A DNA stretch of 64,000 nucleotides from Octopus vulgaris. Taxonomy: Eukaryota. Shown one piece after another: positions 27,331 through 40,053 of the stretch (its first letter is position 1; each line of letters opens with the position of its first letter). The translations under genes were made by a program, and so were the position numbers. The notes beneath the pieces were generated by a model that worked only from the letters and a program-made list of their open reading frames with translations, did no database searches and was not told the DNA's origin. The stretch is from positions 107,198,001 to 107,262,000 of the forward strand of contig OX597822.1 in the NCBI GenBank assembly GCA_951406725.2, given 5' to 3'.

Positions 27331-28366
27331 TAGATAGACAGATAGATAGATAGATATAATATCAGGGAGTATAACTCCAAACTTACAGGGAAAAATTCAA
27401 TTTAATATTAAATCAAATTTAACAATATAAATATATAAAATAAAATATAAAATATAAAATATTTATATAATGGATAGCATATAAAATAGTAGGAAGAGGG
27501 TGGAAATATTCTTCAAACTATACCACGCGCATTTTTATAGAATCATTATTTGTTTATTAATCCATTACATTTCATAATAACATAAGTAGTCTTGTCCTCT
27601 AGGCCTTTTAAACAGTTGACAAAAACTATTGATTTGCAAAAAATTCACTTCAAATTCCAAGTAAAACATACTAAGATTAAGAAAAGTCTTTTTCAAAAGT
27701 ATATGAGTTGGGGGAAGACGATTAATTTAAAATACAGCTAACCAGCTATCGTGTTTAGCAGTAATAATGATGCATACATATAGACAAGGGAGTGGCTAAT
27801 TATATTACAGCATTCGTCCAATAAGTGCTTTATCTCTACGGAGGCTTATACTGACATATGTTGTAATAAATTATTCGACTGTCACCTCAACAGTTATTAA
27901 ACGCTAGCAAAGAGGACTGGATAGCAACATCATAATGTCATCACAACCTGAAAGACAATTTTAGTAATGATAATAAACAAAATATAAAAATATATTACTT
28001 CCTCGAGTAATGGGGAAATGCCAGTTAACATCAAAGAAAGATTTAGATAAACCGTGTCATTAAAGAAAATAAGTACACACACAAACACACACACACACAC
28101 ACATACACACAGACACACAGACACACCGACACACTTACACACACACACGCATACATAAGAACACATGCAAACAAGGAAAGTACTGTCCGATTTTTCGAAA
28201 ACATTTTCTCTTATTCGATTTACGATGTTATTTTTATAGAGTTTTAGACGAAATTTTACACGCTTAATAATTACTGCGTAGGCTTTAATACATTTTTATT
28301 GATTTCTTTCAGGATATAATTTTCGAGCAGAGAGATCCTTAAAACATGAAAAATGAAGAAATTCGT

Positions 28367-28401
<35 letters not shown>

Positions 28402-28442
28402 TTATTATTTTTTTTTTGCATGAATTCAAGCTTGCACATAAT

Positions 28443-28648
28443 TATTTCTTTATTGCCCACAAGGGGCTAAACATAGAGGAGACAAACAAGAACAGACAAG
28501 GGGATTAAGTCGATTACATCGACCCCAGTGATTAACTGGTACTTATTTAATCGACCTCGAAAGGATGAACGGCAAAGTCGACCTCGGTGGAATTTGAACT
28601 CAGAACGTAACGATAAGCATTTCACCCGGCGCGCTAAAGTTTCTGCCA
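28443..28648 (-). mobile_element. SINE family B copy
   Basis: Matches the family B consensus. Confidence 0.88.
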
Positions 28649-28649
28649 T

Positions 28650-29560
28650 ATAATGTTTCCCAAGTAGCCTCCAATGGGGGTGAAAGGTTTATATGTGATT
28701 GGACCGAAAAAGGGTGGTTTGAGAGATTCCGCAGTGAGAATGAGAGGACGTTCATCCACCCTTGATGATTAGCATTTGAAAGCATCAGTCAAACAAAACC
28801 CACGACAAAGTGTCAGAGAAATGTTTCCTATGCTTGGTGTCTGTAAGCAACCGGAAGAAACGATTGCTTACTTGATCAAAATGAGACCTGCACATGTTAA
28901 TCGACGTGGTGGTGAGGGTGCGTGGCTTAGTGGTTAGGGCATTCGGCTCATGATCGTAAGGTTGTAAGTTCGATTCCCGGCGACGCGTTGTGTCCTTGAG
29001 CAAGACACTTTATTTCACGTTGCTCCAGTCCACTCAGCTGGCAAAAATGAGTTGTACTTGTATTTCAAAGGGTTGGCCTTGTCACTCTCTGTGTCACGCT
29101 GATTATCCCCGAGAACTACGTTAAGGGTACACGTGTCTGTGGAATGCTCAGCCATTTGCACGTTAATTTCACGAGCAAGCTGTTCCGTTGATCGTATCAG
29201 CTGGGACCCTCGTCGTCGTAACCGGCGGAGTCTTTAAAAAAATCGACGTGGTCCGGTTCTGCTCCACGAGGTCACTCGACCTTACTCTTCCGGATTGATG
29301 CAGCAGAAGCTCATGGACTTGGGGATACGACATTTTGCCACATCTATATTCCCTTGATTGTACACCAATCGGCAATCCCTTTTTCAAGCATCTTGACACT
29401 ATTTTTAAGGCCAAAATTCCTTCCGTTCCAAAACGCAGATCGAAACTTATTTCAAGTATTTCTTTGAATCAAAGCTTTTGGATTTATATCGAAGTGGCAT
29501 AAATGACCTCGATAATCGGTGAGAGAAATGTATAACCGTTCAGGGATCATAGTTTGAATA
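28650..29560 (+). pseudogene. Internally deleted mariner transposase relic, interrupted by a SINE
   Basis: Motifs WFERFRSEN, LKASVKQNPRQSVREM, VNRRGPVLLHE and YRSGINDLDNR*EKCITVQG. Confidence 0.75.
28911..29240 (+). mobile_element. SINE family C copy with a 12-bp TSD
   Basis: TSD aatcgacgtggt at 28899-28910 and 29241-29252, with a short A tail. Confidence 0.92.
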
Positions 29561-29738
29561 ATTAAACCTATGTATAAGACCAGTTTTTCAAGAACATAGT
29601 GACCTCGTGGAGCAGAACCGGACCACGTCGATTAACATGTCGATTAACGTCGATTAAAATCGGCCATTATTTTCCGTGAATATGTATGTCTATACGGATA
29701 CACACACACACACACACATTTGTGTATGTGTGTGTGCA

Positions 29739-29821
<83 letters not shown>

Positions 29822-29920
29822 TTTTGTATCAAGAAGCTTACTTCCCACCCATATAGTTCCAGGTTCCGTCCCACTGCGTAGCACCATGGGCAAGTGTCTT
29901 TTTACTATAGCCACGGGCCG

Positions 29921-31340
29921 AATGAACTCCATCGACCGCAACATGTTGTGTTCTATTCGCCAAGAAATACTCAATCCAGTGGAAGAAATTTTCCACGGAT
30001 TCCAACATTTGTCAATTTTGAGAGTAAGATATTATTGTCAACCCTGTCGAACGGCTTTACCGAAGTCAAGATCTATGACATCAGAGTTTGAACCTCTTCC
30101 CAAGGCTTTAAGTATATCCTCAATGTGGTGTAAGAGCTGGGATCTATTTCTCTGTTTGAAAACCGGGATGACAGACTGGGATAGGAGCTGTTTCGGTATA
30201 TGACCAGAGTCTAAAGAAATTGGTCAGAGGGATTGCAAGTTGGTGTCTACATTTCTTCAGGAGACTTGCAGTCAATCTATCAGGGCCTACAGCAGAATAG
30301 TATTTGGTCTCATTTATGGCTGCTGAAGCAGTGAAGGTCATATCCGAGATTTTATGTTGGGAATGAACTTCCTTCGCTTCCCTTACGTCAATATCAGTGG
30401 GATCACTAAAGAGCAGTATTGTCGATCAATGGGCCAATGGGTGAGACAGTGGTTCTATGCTTATATGCATAAGAATAGAACACTTTTGGGTTCTGTTTGA
30501 TTTTTTTGGTTCATCACTGTTCCTCTGCAGCTCATAGAGTTATAATGTAGATTTTCATGTCGGTCTGCAGATGAAGTTTTTCCAACTCCAGCCTTTTCAT
30601 TGTTGTTGAATGTGGATGTTGTGTGTGGTAGTATTTTAATTTGTTGATTTTTTAATTGAGTCTTTTGATGCACCTGATGAGTGTTTATGTTTTCTTTCTA
30701 GGGAGCCGTTTTATGTTTGTGTTAGTGAATTTCGTAGGATCGTGTTTTGAGCATGTATAGGTGACAATGTTCTCAAAGTGCTGTCATGTGGTCTCAATAT
30801 GGGTGGAACTAAGAGTGAAGGACATATCCTTTCTGATTGCACCGCAGTCCGCTTTCTGGAAGTCTATGTTGTCAAATAAGTGCAGTGGAGTGGGATTGGC
30901 TGGTTTGGCATTGATATGCCGGAAATTAAAATCGAAGAGTATCATGTAGTCTGAGAGGAGAGTTTTTTCAACTGAGATACTGTGAACAGAGCTAGAGTGG
31001 TTGGTTAATATTAGATCCAAGATCGTTTTATTCTGTCTTCATGATTCGAGCAGTTGCTGAGTCAGAAAGAATTTATCCATTAGATTAAAGAGTAATTCTG
31101 CTGCTGCTTTGACTGATGTAGAACATTTGCCTCACTTCAGAGTAATTGTAGGCCAGTTTATATAAGGGAGGTTAAAATCACCCACCACTAGTATGTTTCT
31201 GGAGTTGTATTTTTGAAAAACCGACTTGATTTTGTTGAGGCGCTCTTCAAAGCACTTTAGAGGTGCTTGGGGAGGCCTGTAAAGACCAACAATGATTATG
31301 TATTTAGCCTTGTTGAACAGTGATATAGATTCACAATAGC
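29921..31340 (-). pseudogene. CR1-group LINE ORF2 relic (AP endonuclease plus part of the RT)
   Basis: Motifs VGLYRPP, VVGDFNLP, ILDLILTN, SAVGPD and DVIDLDFGKA. It abuts a truncated SINE A head at 29820-29915. Confidence 0.88.
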
Positions 31341-31349
31341 CATTGGAAA

Positions 31350-31412
<63 letters not shown>

Positions 31413-31651
31413 CACGGAAACACTGTAAGAGATAAGAGATTGCTCCGGGATCGCATTAGGCAAAAAGTTGTGACTATTTTTCGCCCATGACACTTCATGG
31501 ACCCTAAGTAAGGCATGTGTAAAATTTGAATGAAATCCGTTTGTTAGTTCTCGAGTTTTAGTGATGTACACATACATACAAACACACACTCTCAGCTTTA
31601 TATATACAGATACATATATACAAACATACACGTATATGATTATTTCTTGAT

Positions 31652-31707
<56 letters not shown>

Positions 31708-32046
31708 CGTTCTATCTGTCAACAAACATACACACAAATCCACACACTCACGCACATATATATCTATATACATACATACATATATACAAGTATACACACT
31801 CAAGGATAACACTGAATGTGATAATTAGTAATGATATTCCTGCTTTTACGAAAGCCATTTAGAGTAGTAATGAAGGCGTACCTGTCAAGAAGAACAGAAT
31901 TTTCAGCTCATGAGCAACGCAACAATACGAAATTATTTCCCAGCGGCAAACATATTTACGTAATAGAATATTTCATGTTAGAAACTTTGATTTTTTATTT
32001 GTCATTCATGTTGTCATTCATGTTAATTTTAAATAATGCTAGGTAT

Positions 32047-32099
<53 letters not shown>

Positions 32100-32101
32100 T
32101 T

Positions 32102-32146
<45 letters not shown>

Positions 32147-32266
32147 ATATAAATATATGCACACACATGCATATATACATACATATATATATATATATAT
32201 AATATACATATATACATGTATACATATATATATATATATATATATATAAACATTTATATATATATG

Positions 32267-32770
32267 TCAGCTACTGGGAAAGACTGAAGGTATTAAACCT
32301 CTTCTCCCTGGAGCGGAGGCGGGAGAGATATGCAGTAATATACATCTGGAAAATCCTGGAGGGTCTTGTCCCAAACTTTGGCATTCAAAGTTACTCCAAC
32401 CGCAGAACGGGGCGCCGCTGCATGGTGCCAAGGATTCCAACATCACCATCAAAATACAGGTCCAGATACTGCAACAGCTTGGGTTTCAGAGGACCACAGC
32501 TTTTCAACATCCTCCCTAAATGCCTGAGAGACTTACATGGTGTGGATGTGGGTTTCTTTAAAACTAAACTGGATCTCTTCTTGTTGGGAGTCCCAGATGA
32601 ACCTACCTCACGACAGGAGACACGGATGCGGGCAGCAGCATCGAACTCCCTTGTTGATCAAGTGCCACGTATCAGAGGTGGATTCACAAACTAGTGTGGC
32701 TCATTCAGCGGTGGTGCCCCAGCATGGCCGCGGCCTTCGGGCTAAAACATTTTTAAGGATTTAAGGATTT
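32267..32770 (+). mobile_element. Young 5'-truncated CR1-group LINE 3' end inserted in (TA)n
   Basis: Open frame [36 protein letters not shown]...GPQLFNILP...VPDEP runs to a stop at 32694, followed by a tail of repeated ttaaggat. Confidence 0.92.
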
Positions 32771-32789
32771 ATATGTATATATATATATG

Positions 32790-32836
<47 letters not shown>

Positions 32837-32910
32837 ATATATAAATATATGCACACACATGCATATATACATACATATATATATATAAATATACTTATAT
32901 ACATGTATAC

Positions 32911-32942
<32 letters not shown>

Positions 32943-33238
32943 GTATATATTTATACATGTGTTTGTGTGTATATACATATATGTGTGTATGTGTGATGCT
33001 TAGTCCATAGGATTAAGCAACAATGTAATCAAAGCAAACGCGATTTGTTTATTTAGTTTTTCAGTTCACGTGATATAGTACAGTATTTAAAACAAATTAG
33101 GGTATACATACATATCTCCATCTACCTATCTATCCATCTATACCTCTCTCTCTCTCTTTCTTCCTCCCCCTCCCTCCATCTATCTATCTATCTATCTATC
33201 TAACTATCTATCTATCTATCTTATCTATCTTATCTATC

Positions 33239-33289
<51 letters not shown>

Positions 33290-33300
33290 CCTATCTATCT

Positions 33301-33376
33301 ATCTATTTAGCACAGTATCTCATTTTAAGGGTTCAGAATAAATTATGAGGTGTGTTGTGATAGAAAATACATTCGA

Positions 33377-33445
<69 letters not shown>

Positions 33446-33452
33446 GTCTATA

Positions 33453-33495
<43 letters not shown>

Positions 33496-33600
33496 TTATC
33501 TATCCATCTACCCACCTATCTATCTATTTAGCATAGTATTTCATTTTAAGGGTTCAGAATAAATTATGATGTGTGTTGTGATAGAAAATGCATTCGATTT
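33301..33600. repeat. Direct duplication of a roughly 75-bp unique segment separated by (TATC)n
   Basis: tttagca.agtat.tcattttaagggttcagaataaattatga.gtgtgttgtgatagaaaat.cattcgat occurs at about 33306 and about 33527. Confidence 0.9.
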
Positions 33601-34349
33601 TCCCTCTTTTATGTTTTTCCCTTCGCCAACTACAATAGTTGTTTTCAAGTATATTATTATCCCTGAAGCTACTCCCAATGTGCAGGCGTGTACTTTTCTC
33701 TTACACATTAGTAATCAAACATCTAATGTTTTGTTTTTCTTTTTCCTTCGGTAGCTCGATCGATTGTTTCAACTCTGTTTCCGAGATGGATAATAGATAA
33801 AGTAGACTTGCAGCTTCACACGCTATACTAATTTTACCCTAGATTTTTTCCACAAATCTACGGTGTAGAGATAGAAGTGGTTCTAAGAAGCAAACACAAC
33901 TGAAAGGTTAAACAGTTTTACATAGAATTATGACCTGCTCTCGAAGAAATGACGGATGTCAAGCTAATCGTTTAAAAACAACAAATATTATAATAACAAA
34001 CGATATAAAGAACAACAGCAACAACAATAAAGAGAAAAGAAATACTGGAATTTTGAAGTGGGTTGAATTATGTTTCGTTAGAGATAAATGTAGCGGAACT
34101 CAACTCTCTTTGCATTGCATTAATATGGGTTCGCAATAGCAGTAAGAAGAAAAATGCAACTGTACTGCCTTTATTTTGTATCTATATTTATTCATAATCC
34201 TTTAGTCAATAATTATAGATTCTGTTATATAGATAGTCAAAACTTGCGAAGGAAGAACAAAAAAAAAAAAACGAGGTTCTTAAATATATAGTGATTTTAC
34301 ATTGTTTCGTTTACTACTCCAGGTCCATAATCTGGGTTTGTTTCCTACT

Positions 34350-34762
34350 CTCTTTTACTCTCTTTTACTTGTTTCAGTCATTTGACTGCGGCCATGCTGG
34401 AGCACCGCCTTTAATCGAGCAACTCGACCCCGGGACTTATTCTTTTGTAAGCCCAGTACTTATTCTATCGGTCTCTTTTTGCCGAACCGCTAAGTAACGG
34501 GGACATAAACACACCAGCATCGGTTGTCAAGCAGTGCTAGGGGGACAAACACAGACACACAAACACACACACACACACATATATATATACATATATACGA
34601 CGGGCTTCTTTCAGTTTCCGTCTACCAAATCCACTCACAAGGCTTTGGTCAGCCCGAGGCTATAGTAGAAGACACTTGCCCAAGGTGCCACGCAGTGGGA
34701 CAGAACCCGGAACCATGTGGTTGGTAAACAAGCTACTTACCACACAGTCACTCCTGCGCCTA
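34350..34762 (-). mobile_element. SINE family A full-length copy
   Basis: Matches the family A consensus. Confidence 0.93.
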
Positions 34763-34903
34763 TACACTTTAATACTGGATGCACTTTAATCATAATATAG
34801 ACGTATATCGATTAAAACAGATCTTGCCGTAGTATTCTCAGAAAGTCCAGTATTTCAACTTCATGCATCAGTAATACTACGAGTCTGTTAATGAAAGTCT
34901 TAC

Positions 34904-34987
34904 CGACTTTCACCAAGACAGAGAATCACAATAAGAACAACAAAATTTTTGCAGTACGATTTACACCTACTCAAAAGATTCTTTGAA
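34904..34987 (-). CDS. Candidate signal-peptide-coding exon of the same receptor gene (5' boundary uncertain: 34966, 34980 or 34987)
   Basis: Minus strand frame ...NLLSRCKSYCKNFVVLIVILCLGES-CG|gtaaga has a strong phase-2 donor. It joins the A of the 12230 exon to give R-SYGTSS: a basic n-region, a 10-residue hydrophobic core and a small-residue c-region. There is no in-frame ATG before an upstream TAA, so another upstream exon would be needed. Confidence 0.42.
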
Positions 34988-35379
34988 CTGTAGTAATTTT
35001 AGCGTTGAACGTGAGTTTCGATTCTTTGAATTAAATAATATAAAGCATGCGATGCTTAGATCACGACATTGATAGATTGTAAAATATAAAATGTTAAAAA
35101 GTAAAAATATTATAAATAACAAAAAAAAAAAAAAAAAAAAACAGGAGAGAAGCTTGGTAAGTTTTTAATTCAAGTTCCTAGTCCCGGAAATAAACTATAG
35201 GTGCAGTGTTAATACATTTTATAGAATTTGGGGAATATCAATGAAAAAAAAATATTTACGGCGGTCGAGAACATCCCCTACTTTAAAATATGCAACCAAA
35301 GTTGAAATCATATCAAGATATTGTACCAAATATGTAAACCATATATTTAGAATCATAGACCCTGTTAAACCTGAAACAA

Positions 35380-35449
<70 letters not shown>

Positions 35450-35595
35450 CCTATCTATCTGTCTGTCTATCTACATGTATTTTTGTCTATTTATCTATGT
35501 ATCTATCAGTCAATATACATCTGTATCCTCACTCACTCCCCTCTTTATTTATACATATATATATATGTATATATATGTATGTATATGTATGTATA

Positions 35596-35644
<49 letters not shown>

Positions 35645-36374
35645 TATATATATATATACATTCATACATTTTATATATATATATATATGTACATACACAT
35701 ACATGTATATATTATTTAATAGCAGTTTTAGTCGGTGCATGCGACTTGAACTTTCGTATCCCGTCAAGGGAACATACCTCGTCACGCTTGTATATATGAA
35801 AGATTATTGTTACACGCAGGTGCAAAAACCAATGAAAAGCAATAGTGCGCAATTATCTGAAGAACAGTGGAATGTTATTTAAGCAAAGGTAAAGTATCCG
35901 TGAGTCGTACTCAGGTGTTTATTATTTTCTCCACATAAGCGATTGAATAGCTGTAGCTGGAATTTGATTTAACCGAATGGCTTTTATTTTTGTTGTTTGA
36001 CAATTAAGGAGCTTGGCTGGATCTCTGAGATGGCAGAGTGAAGAATATCTTGCAGGGGAAATGATGGTAGTAAGAAGAACGAATGTAGGAGCGGGAAAAA
36101 GAAATGAAAACTTAGGAGAGTAAACATAAGTTACAATAAAGCAAATATGAGGATGTGGAAAACAAAGAAAAAGGAACGTGAAGACAGAAGAAATAGTCTC
36201 AATACTATTCTTTCATGAATTGTTACAGATTCTGTATGAAAAACACCGTAACTTGCGAGGCAATGGTATTGTTTTTTCTCTAAATGGTTTGTAAGCGGGA
36301 AATACTAACACTCAGTATCTAATTTCACAGTCACTCTCAATTTCAAGGCCCGAAAATATTTGAGGAGGCAATCA

Positions 36375-36702
36375 CTCGATTTGATCGACCCCAGTGCGTA
36401 ACTAGTACTCAATTTATCGACCCGGAAAGGATGAAAGGCAAAGTCGACCTCGGTGGAATTTGAACACAGAACGTAGCGGCAGACGAAATACCTATTTCTT
36501 TACTACCCACAAGGGGCTAAACACAGAGAGGACAAACAAGGACAGACAAACGGATAAAGTCGATTACATCGACCCCTGTGCGTAACTAGTACTTATTTAA
36601 TCGACCCCGAAAGGATGAAAGGCAAAGTCGACTTCGGCGGAATTTGAACGCAGAACGTAACTGCAGACGAAATACCGCTAGGCATTTCGCCCGGCCTGCT
36701 AA
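36375..36702 (-). mobile_element. SINE family B head-to-tail dimer
   Basis: Two cores joined by gacgaaatacc|tatttctttactaccc. Confidence 0.88.
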
Positions 36703-36821
36703 TAGCCTCAACAGTATTAGAAGTGAAAGAGTTAGAGAAGGAGATTAAGGAGACAAAGAGGAAGAACAAATATAGTGGTGAGGACGTCGAAAGCAAAAAA
36801 GACAAGAAAAGTAGTAGCATT

Positions 36822-36930
36822 AGAAGAAGAAGAAAGAAAGAAGAAGAAGAAGAAGAAGAAGAAGAAGAAGAAGAAGAAGAAGAAGAAGAAGAAGAAGAAG
36901 AAGAAGAAGAAGAAGAAGAAGAAGAAGAAG
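36822..36930. repeat. (GAA)n purine tract, about 30 uninterrupted units
   Basis: Read directly from the sequence. Confidence 0.97.
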
Positions 36931-37532
36931 ATTAGGTAAACGAAGTATTGAAACTATAACGGATGAAATCGAGGAATAAATGTGTATGAACAAGAACAAA
37001 AAAAAAACAGGATGTAAAAATCCAATTCTAAGATAATTCTCAAAAGTATTTAAGTGTATATACATAAATATATAAATATATATATAAACACACCTCAATG
37101 AATAAGAAACTGCATAAAGTAAAAGAAGTAGGCGGGGAAGAGAAAGGGGTGTGTGCACATGTTTAATAAGCGGTTGGACACGATAAGAAAGGTAACGGTG
37201 ACAGAGAAGTTTGGAGGAGACAGGAATCAGTTTGTTAAGGAAAGAATAAATTTCAAAGAACATTTTTATCGAATTTCATCGAAATAAACGCCATTAATCT
37301 TCTAATGTGATAGCTTTTTTTTTTTTATGAACGGGTGGTGGCAGGGATATATTTTTACTTGCTGATCTATATCAGTATTAGTATATAGTGTGTGTATGTG
37401 TGTGTGGAGAGGGTATCTTCTGATAGGAGGCATAACTACAAATATATACACTCATACATACACATGCTCACACGCGCTTATATGTGTGTGTGTGTGTGTA
37501 TGATCCGTATGAACACATGTATAAGTATACCC

Positions 37533-37566
<34 letters not shown>

Positions 37567-38673
37567 ATTCTATGCATATCTTCAGATGCACATTCATATT
37601 CCTATATATAAATTTAGTCCATTTATACCACATTCACACGCTTACACAAACACATACATGTATATGTACAAATATGCCTGCAATTACGCATTTATAAGCA
37701 TGCATATAAAGTGTGCACACACATATCATATATGCATGTGTGTGTGTGTATTTATGCGGATGAACACATAAAGGTACGTACGCATATACTTACACACCAA
37801 TATATGCATGAACATAGCGCATGCATACAATTGCGATAATCAGATAAAAGCTACATGAGAATCTCATACAAGTGTTGCAAAGTGCAAAACTATAAAAGTG
37901 CAAAAGAATAAATTATACACGAGCAAAATGCAAAGACTGTGAAGCAATTACAGCACTATGTGCAAACATTTATATTTGATGAAAAATATAAAACAACTTC
38001 AGATATTATGCAAAAATCTAGCAGCTCTGCAGTGGCTCACGATATAAACAGTACATTTAGGAGTTCACAGATAGTCGAAACGTAGGAATAGAGATATGCA
38101 AAATGAGATAGATAAGTGTGAACTAGCAAGCGTAAAGGGACTTGAACAGCGGTGTTGTTGAAAATTAATTGTTGCAAGTGGTGGGAAATTATAACAAAAA
38201 GAGAAACTGGCAAACGTGAACATATTGAAGAACATAGATGCTAATTAAGAGATGGTGGAAATAAAAAGTACAAAACATTAGGTTGTTAAATTACCTCAGG
38301 ACATAAATATAACCATGGAGGGATGTACGCGAATTTTAATATAAATTATGCGACACCGAAAGATAAAATGCAGAAGCTGAAAGTTAGACATATTTACGAT
38401 TGAGAATAGCATGTAGAGTAAAATGCAGCGGGACAAGCTCACAATTTCAAGTATGAGAGAAAGGAATATAGAAAACCTGGGTACATTTGTTTGGTGGTGA
38501 ATGAATGATTACAAAAATCCTCGACTTCAAGAAAAGTTAAAGATGGCGTCTTTGTCCGTAAATAAGTAAAACATGTGGAGCGAATGTAGGTACAACGTTG
38601 TGATAGGATTACACCGATACTGGGGTTGGAGATAGATGAAGAACGTTGCAACACGTGGCATCATATAGGTAAA

Positions 38674-39041
38674 CTAGCACTATGACCCGGCGTTGCTGGG
38701 TCATAGTGCTAGTGCATGCATATACAGCTGCGTGCGTGCGCACATACACGCAAGTGCTGTCCAAATCTCCGACCAATCACATACAGCTAGCTGGCTTTCA
38801 ATTGGCGTATCAAGTTTCGGGCATTTTGATTGGGTTTTGGATAGAAAATTCACAAATAAGTCATTTCTATTGATTTTTTAATGGCTTTGTGGGGTGACTG
38901 GGAAAATGTAAAAATGTGCACGACCACCCTTGGGTGGTCTTGAATGACGAAAGAAAGTTCGAGCTCTCTAATTGAAAAGTTGTGGATTTGTATGAAGGAC
39001 ACACACACAGACAGACATTTTGCCATTTATATATATAGAGA
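38674..39041 (-). mobile_element. Non-autonomous Helitron-like element
   Basis: Minus strand begins A|TCTCTATATATATAAA and ends in a subterminal hairpin plus CTAG|T. Confidence 0.82.
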
Positions 39042-39536
39042 TGTGGACAGCTCTTAATGTTTAGGGTGCAGATTAAAGATGTTGTATAAGGAATATGTGG
39101 GCAGTTTTCGTAAGCGTTGAAATAGTGGATGTCTGTGAAACTAGATACTGAGTGATAGGATTTCTCGCTTACAAAACAGTTAGAGAAAAACAATACAATT
39201 GCATTACAAGTAACGGTGTTTTTCATACAGAATCTGTAACAATTCATAAAAATATACCATCATTGATTCAGATAACAACCTAGAGCGATCTATGCGATTA
39301 CCCGATGTGCTTGTATTAGAAGTTCTATATATCCAAACCCCTTTAGATAAAAAAAAACCCTCTTTAGATAATGTAGACCGAGGCATCTTCCTTTAAAATA
39401 TCGGGTTGTGAGGGATGGAATGCCCTTGTTCAGTTGGAAAGTCTGATCGATAACGTTTTACCCACGGTTAAAAATACCAACACTTGGAATTGGTACTTTC
39501 TGGGAATTATATATATTTAGAAACGTTCATGTATTA

Positions 39537-40053
39537 TCTATATATATAAAACTGTAGTTGTGTGAGTGTCTGTCCCCTTCGATTTAGATTCCTAACTACT
39601 CCCACATTTTGCGGTGCAGTTTAACCAAATTCGGGTATCTTATAGTCGTGATTCATATCGAGCCCGTCTGGGTATTAGCGCGTGTCTAAGATGAGTCTAC
39701 GATTTTAAAAATAATTTAACATCATTTTTTATTCCATTTTAATGCATAATTTTTCGTGTGTCGATGGCGGCGGAGTTGGTGTCCACGCTCAAACACCTGC
39801 ACCTGTGTTTGCTTCTCCCCCTTCTTCCCTCCCTCGTGAAGCTGTGGGGAAGGGAGTGTAAGGAAATCAACGTCGTAAAGCGTTGTCAAGGAGACCGGCG
39901 TTCTTTTAGAACAACGACTTCATGTCTTGAAGACACCAAAACAGAAATGGCTAAGAAAGCCCGAATTGGCATCTATAAGGTAAGTAACTCTCTAAAAATG
40001 CTTATATAGTTATTTCCCTTACAAACCCGAGCAACGCCGGGCGATACTGCTAG
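39537..40053 (+). mobile_element. Non-autonomous Helitron-like element
   Basis: Starts A|TCTATATATATAAA, has a 3' hairpin cccgagcaacgccggg and ends CTAG|T. Homologous to 54695-55091. Confidence 0.88.

Noticed and set aside
36723-37263. Poly-Glu and poly-Leu ORFs
   Set aside because: They are translations of the (GAA)n tract.
38295-38376. Segment with good acceptor and donor on the minus strand
   Set aside because: It has stops in all three frames; it could only be a non-coding exon, and I have no evidence for that.
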